Assembly: GCA_000934665.2 (NCBI GenBank)
Contig: KZ538165.1
Location: 1 to 64,000, forward strand
Source of the DNA: Catajapyx aquilonaris
Taxonomy: Eukaryota
DNA: 64,000 nt
Direction of reading: 5' to 3'
The position numbers and the translations under genes were made by a program. The notes under the pieces are model-generated. The model was not told the DNA's origin. It made no database searches and worked only from the letters and a program-made list of their open reading frames with translations. Positions 60,436 to 64,000 of the stretch are shown piece after piece. Position 1 is the first letter of the stretch; every line of letters starts with the position of its first letter.

Positions 60436-62270
60436 TATTTTAAACACAATTTCAAGTGGCGAAAAACCCAATGAGACAATATTGACATGAAATGATCAAG
60501 ATTATGCATAAGAACTGCTGGCAAATCCTCAATAAATAGTCAAGATAGGAGGGGGAGGAAAAAAAGCCTCGAAGAAGTCATGCCAAGTTTCCCTTGTGTT
60601 GCTCCTAAGTGCAACAGTCAAGGTGAATATTTGGAAGGACTTTCGTAATGAGACCGAATGTGGCAGGGGTAGGGGCACACTGCAACAACATACCCCATGA
60701 CCTAACCTTCCCTCTCAACTGATAAACACCTAGGAAAGTAGGTAAAAGTGAGGGCTCTCCTGTTATGAAAGCATAGCCGAATATTTTTGTGGAAGTATCA
60801 TTCAATTATGATACGAGAAAAACTTTCTGCCAACAAGTAAAGCACTGTGATGTACTGACAAACTCTCTTCTTTTGATAGTTGTGGTTGTGCAGATGCTTG
60901 CATAACATACCAAATTCAGGCTGATCTGTAGTACACAACGAAGTGGCACGAGTTGTGCTGGAGGCAGTTCAGCAAGAACGGCCAAATAGGTGGCTATTTC
61001 TGTATGGCTTTTGCGGACCGCTCTAAGAGTACTGTCGCTCTTTGTGGCCCTGCCAGGGCACGGCTATCCATTAGTTAATTAGTTAATTACGGAGCTGGAC
61101 GCTTATTGTGGGTTATGTAACAGTAAAAATTACTGTATGTTTTGAAGCCAACTGTGGCCTTGCCAAGGCGAGATGAACTTTGGCATCACATGCATTCGAT
61201 TGTGCCCTCTCAAGCGGGGGAAGGAGCCACAGCTGTAGGGAAGCCAATGCTTGCGCGTTGGGTACTACATATCTTCTTAAATTAAAACCATCACCATCAG
61301 AAGCATTTCCTGAATACAGTACACATTTGGATGAATGCGAGGGACCAAAACGAAACAAAACATATAACTATATATTGTTCAAGAGCAGGGTAAATCAGTT
61401 TTACAAGCCTGAAAAGGGAGAGGTTATTTTTGTATATGCAATCAGCAAAAGTGTGAGTTAACAAATGACAGACTTTTTGTGGATGACAGATGACCAATTT
61501 CTGACAAAAGCAACATGATGCACTTTGCATGAAGGATGCTGAACTTGAATTTTGCAAATAGCATTCTCTAAAATGACATTAATGTTTGGAAATTAGCAAT
61601 ACCATTCATCAAGTATTTCTGCACTTATGCCTGGAGCAACAACTGATTAGGGGAACAAGGCAACTTTACAGCACTATCAAATAATTCCTCCCATTATTGA
61701 AAAACTAGTTCAGAATTCCAACAAAATGTCTCACAATTTTATGATAGCTTACATATTGGAAATCATGTTTATTAAATCAGGGTCCTCCATGCAACATTGT
61801 TCTAATGAATTAGCAACTTGAAATAACAAAAAATATGGTAACAAGATATGTAAGAACAGTTCCAGCCTTTTCTAATAGTAGCAAGTACTTTTGTACATAA
61901 ATGCTCAGAATAGCAACATAAATACTTTTCACATATTATGACCAGACTTTTCACCTGCCAAGTTGGCAGCTATAATTTATCATGAAATGTTAACACTAAC
62001 ATGTTAGGACTTAACTGTCACCCAAATTCATCAAATGTGATTGAATTGATTGATATTATGCCCTTCACCTATGCAAATGGTTCATAAATCCCAATGTTTA
62101 AGAGTCAAGTGACAGAAGATGAGAAGAGCCATGCCACACACATCAAGCCAGAGTCAATTAATCAATAAAATCATGACATTTTGGGCACAATAGCAAATTA
62201 TTGCAATGATTAGAATAAGTATGCACATCTATTTGTAACTGACACTGTAACAAAATTCAGCAAGTCTATA

Positions 62271-62683
62271 CAGGGTTCGGATATTTAATCTACCGTCGCT
62301 TTGAGAAATAATAGAGGTGTTCTTGGCGGTCACTTTGAGTATATGCAACATCGGTCTCCGATGCATAGTTACCAAGATAATTAGCATTAAATAAAAAGTG
62401 CAATATCTCAGCTTATAGGTTTCGGATACTGCTTACGACACTTCCATCGCCTAGGTCAGCCTAGGCCTTCCTGTGCTTGGGAAAGGAAGTTGAATAATCA
62501 AAAACAGCATATTTTCCCACCGAGGGGGGCAAGAAATGCTCCGTTATACTCGACGTGAGGTGAAAATAAGTCAGTTACGTCAGGAGTAAAAATACACAGG
62601 GCCTTATGGAAGTATGGCGGGACCGACCTTTCGAGTCTGTAATAACCGAAAGTCTGAGGCTGTTATATCCGGAGTCAACTGTA
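62271..62683 (+). mobile_element. Dispersed repeat, sister of 13060-13885
   Basis: TA|CAGGGTTCGG start and the shared internal blocks listed for the 13060 copy. Confidence 0.7.
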
Positions 62684-63714
62684 GGCCTATATGCATTTAA
62701 AATTTGCAAAATTGCCCCATATCAAATTACTACAGGTGATGTCAGGAACTTCAGATATTTAACAAATTAAATAATAATTACCTACAGTTACTGGCATCTC
62801 TGGCAATTTTAAATATGAAATAATTGCAAATTTGCGAATTTCAAAAGTAGATTTGCTAACATTCGGAACAGATTAGACAAGAAACTACCGAGTTTCACTT
62901 TTGCTTCTTTCATTATTAGGAACAATTCCCACCAAAAATTGTGACATTTAAAAAATCCAGGCAGGGTTCCTTTTTTTAAGCATGTGGGATTTATGAGCCA
63001 CTCCATTAAATCCTTCTGGACAGGACCTTCTTGCTATTTTTTCACATTTTTGGAAAAAAAAATCCTGATGTTGTCCCATGAGGAAGACTCGATGGCAGGG
63101 ATATTCAACTAGTTTATGACAAGGTCCAGTATTTACCTTTCCTGCCCCCCCCCCCCCCCCCCCCCCNNNNNNNNNNNNNNNNNNNNNNNNNNNNNNNNNN
63201 NNNNNNNNNNNNNNNNNNNNNNNNNNNNNNNNNNNNCACAGGTGCGTAGGCAGAAGAATTTCGGAGGGGGGGCCCATTTCGTAAGCACAAGGTGAACCAG
63301 CCGCAAAGGGCGGGGAATGAGCCCGCCACAGGCTAAATTTTTTTTTTTTTTGGGGGGGGGGGGGGGGGTTCAAGGTCACACGAGCTTAGGTGAATGTGGG
63401 AGATTTGAATGGGTCTGTATTTGATGAAATTGGTAGCCCTTTTTTCCAAAAAATCATGAATTAGTAATTTATATTATGCTATTTCAAACTGTCCTGTATA
63501 TTGTCGCGGTCCAGACAAAATTGCGTCACGGTCCGGATCCGGACCGTGGTCCACCAGTTGAATAGCCCTGCTCTATGGTATGTTATGCTGATATTGACAC
63601 TGGATCGTGACACACTCCTATGGCCATCTATTGAAGCATATCTCGCAAAGAAGGCTGAGATTTTGAAAGGTCCTCGTGACATGGTATCACACATTACATG
63701 CAGCAGTATTTTAA

Positions 63715-64000
63715 GGGGGCACTACAGTCAAAATCAAGGGTTTTGTAAAAAATCGCCCCCCAAAAAATCCATTCGAGACAAGAAGTTGGGACTTCATTTT
63801 CATGAATGTACATAATTCAAAGACCTATTAGCGCCTATAATCGAATCATGTTCGCATGTTGAAGGGCCTCCAGGGCCGAGTGACGTGGCCACTGTCGACA
63901 CGATTTAGGATGCTGGAGTCAACCTACAACCGTCAGATAGGACCTCAGGCTTCCTTGAGCATGTAGTTTTCCATTGACCTAGAATTATAATTTTTGAAAT
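63715..64000 (+). mobile_element. Left end of a probable Kolobok-like element running off the window
   Basis: TTAA|GGGGGCACTACAGTC start, similar in style to the 48440 element; the other end is not visible. Confidence 0.4.

Overview
Eukaryotic (animal, probably invertebrate/arthropod-like) genomic DNA: AT-rich, with spliceosomal GT-AG introns, microsatellites and N gaps next to C/G homopolymers. It is not prokaryotic, and I found no CRISPR arrays, operons or rRNA. Three host genes are supported. (1) The 5' three coding exons of an SPSB3-like SPRY/SOCS-box gene (minus, 2672->938, continuing left out of the window). (2) An intact two-coding-exon triokinase/FMN cyclase TKFC (minus, 30722->27452, ~622 aa). 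(3) An unrecognised ~419-aa two-TM protein with C-terminal PPxY motifs (plus, 44607-45866), whose likely leader exons create spliced uORFs. A fourth small multi-intron gene or pseudogene with a zinc-finger-like motif lies at ~17570-18437. The rest is dense with non-autonomous mobile elements (piggyBac-, Tc1/mariner-, pogo/Tc2-, Tigger-, hAT-, Harbinger-, Kolobok-, P-like MITEs, a Helitron, tRNA-derived SINEs), often nested, with readable TSDs and many long fold-backs. I did not find a clearly new multi-gene system. The best leads are the uORF-gated PY-motif membrane gene with a CRE+TATA upstream promoter, the frameshift/intron-retention zinc-finger gene, a decayed coding-like insert in an SPSB3 intron, and recurring 'two-identical-ends' transposon fold-backs. 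All family assignments are from memory of motifs, not database searches.
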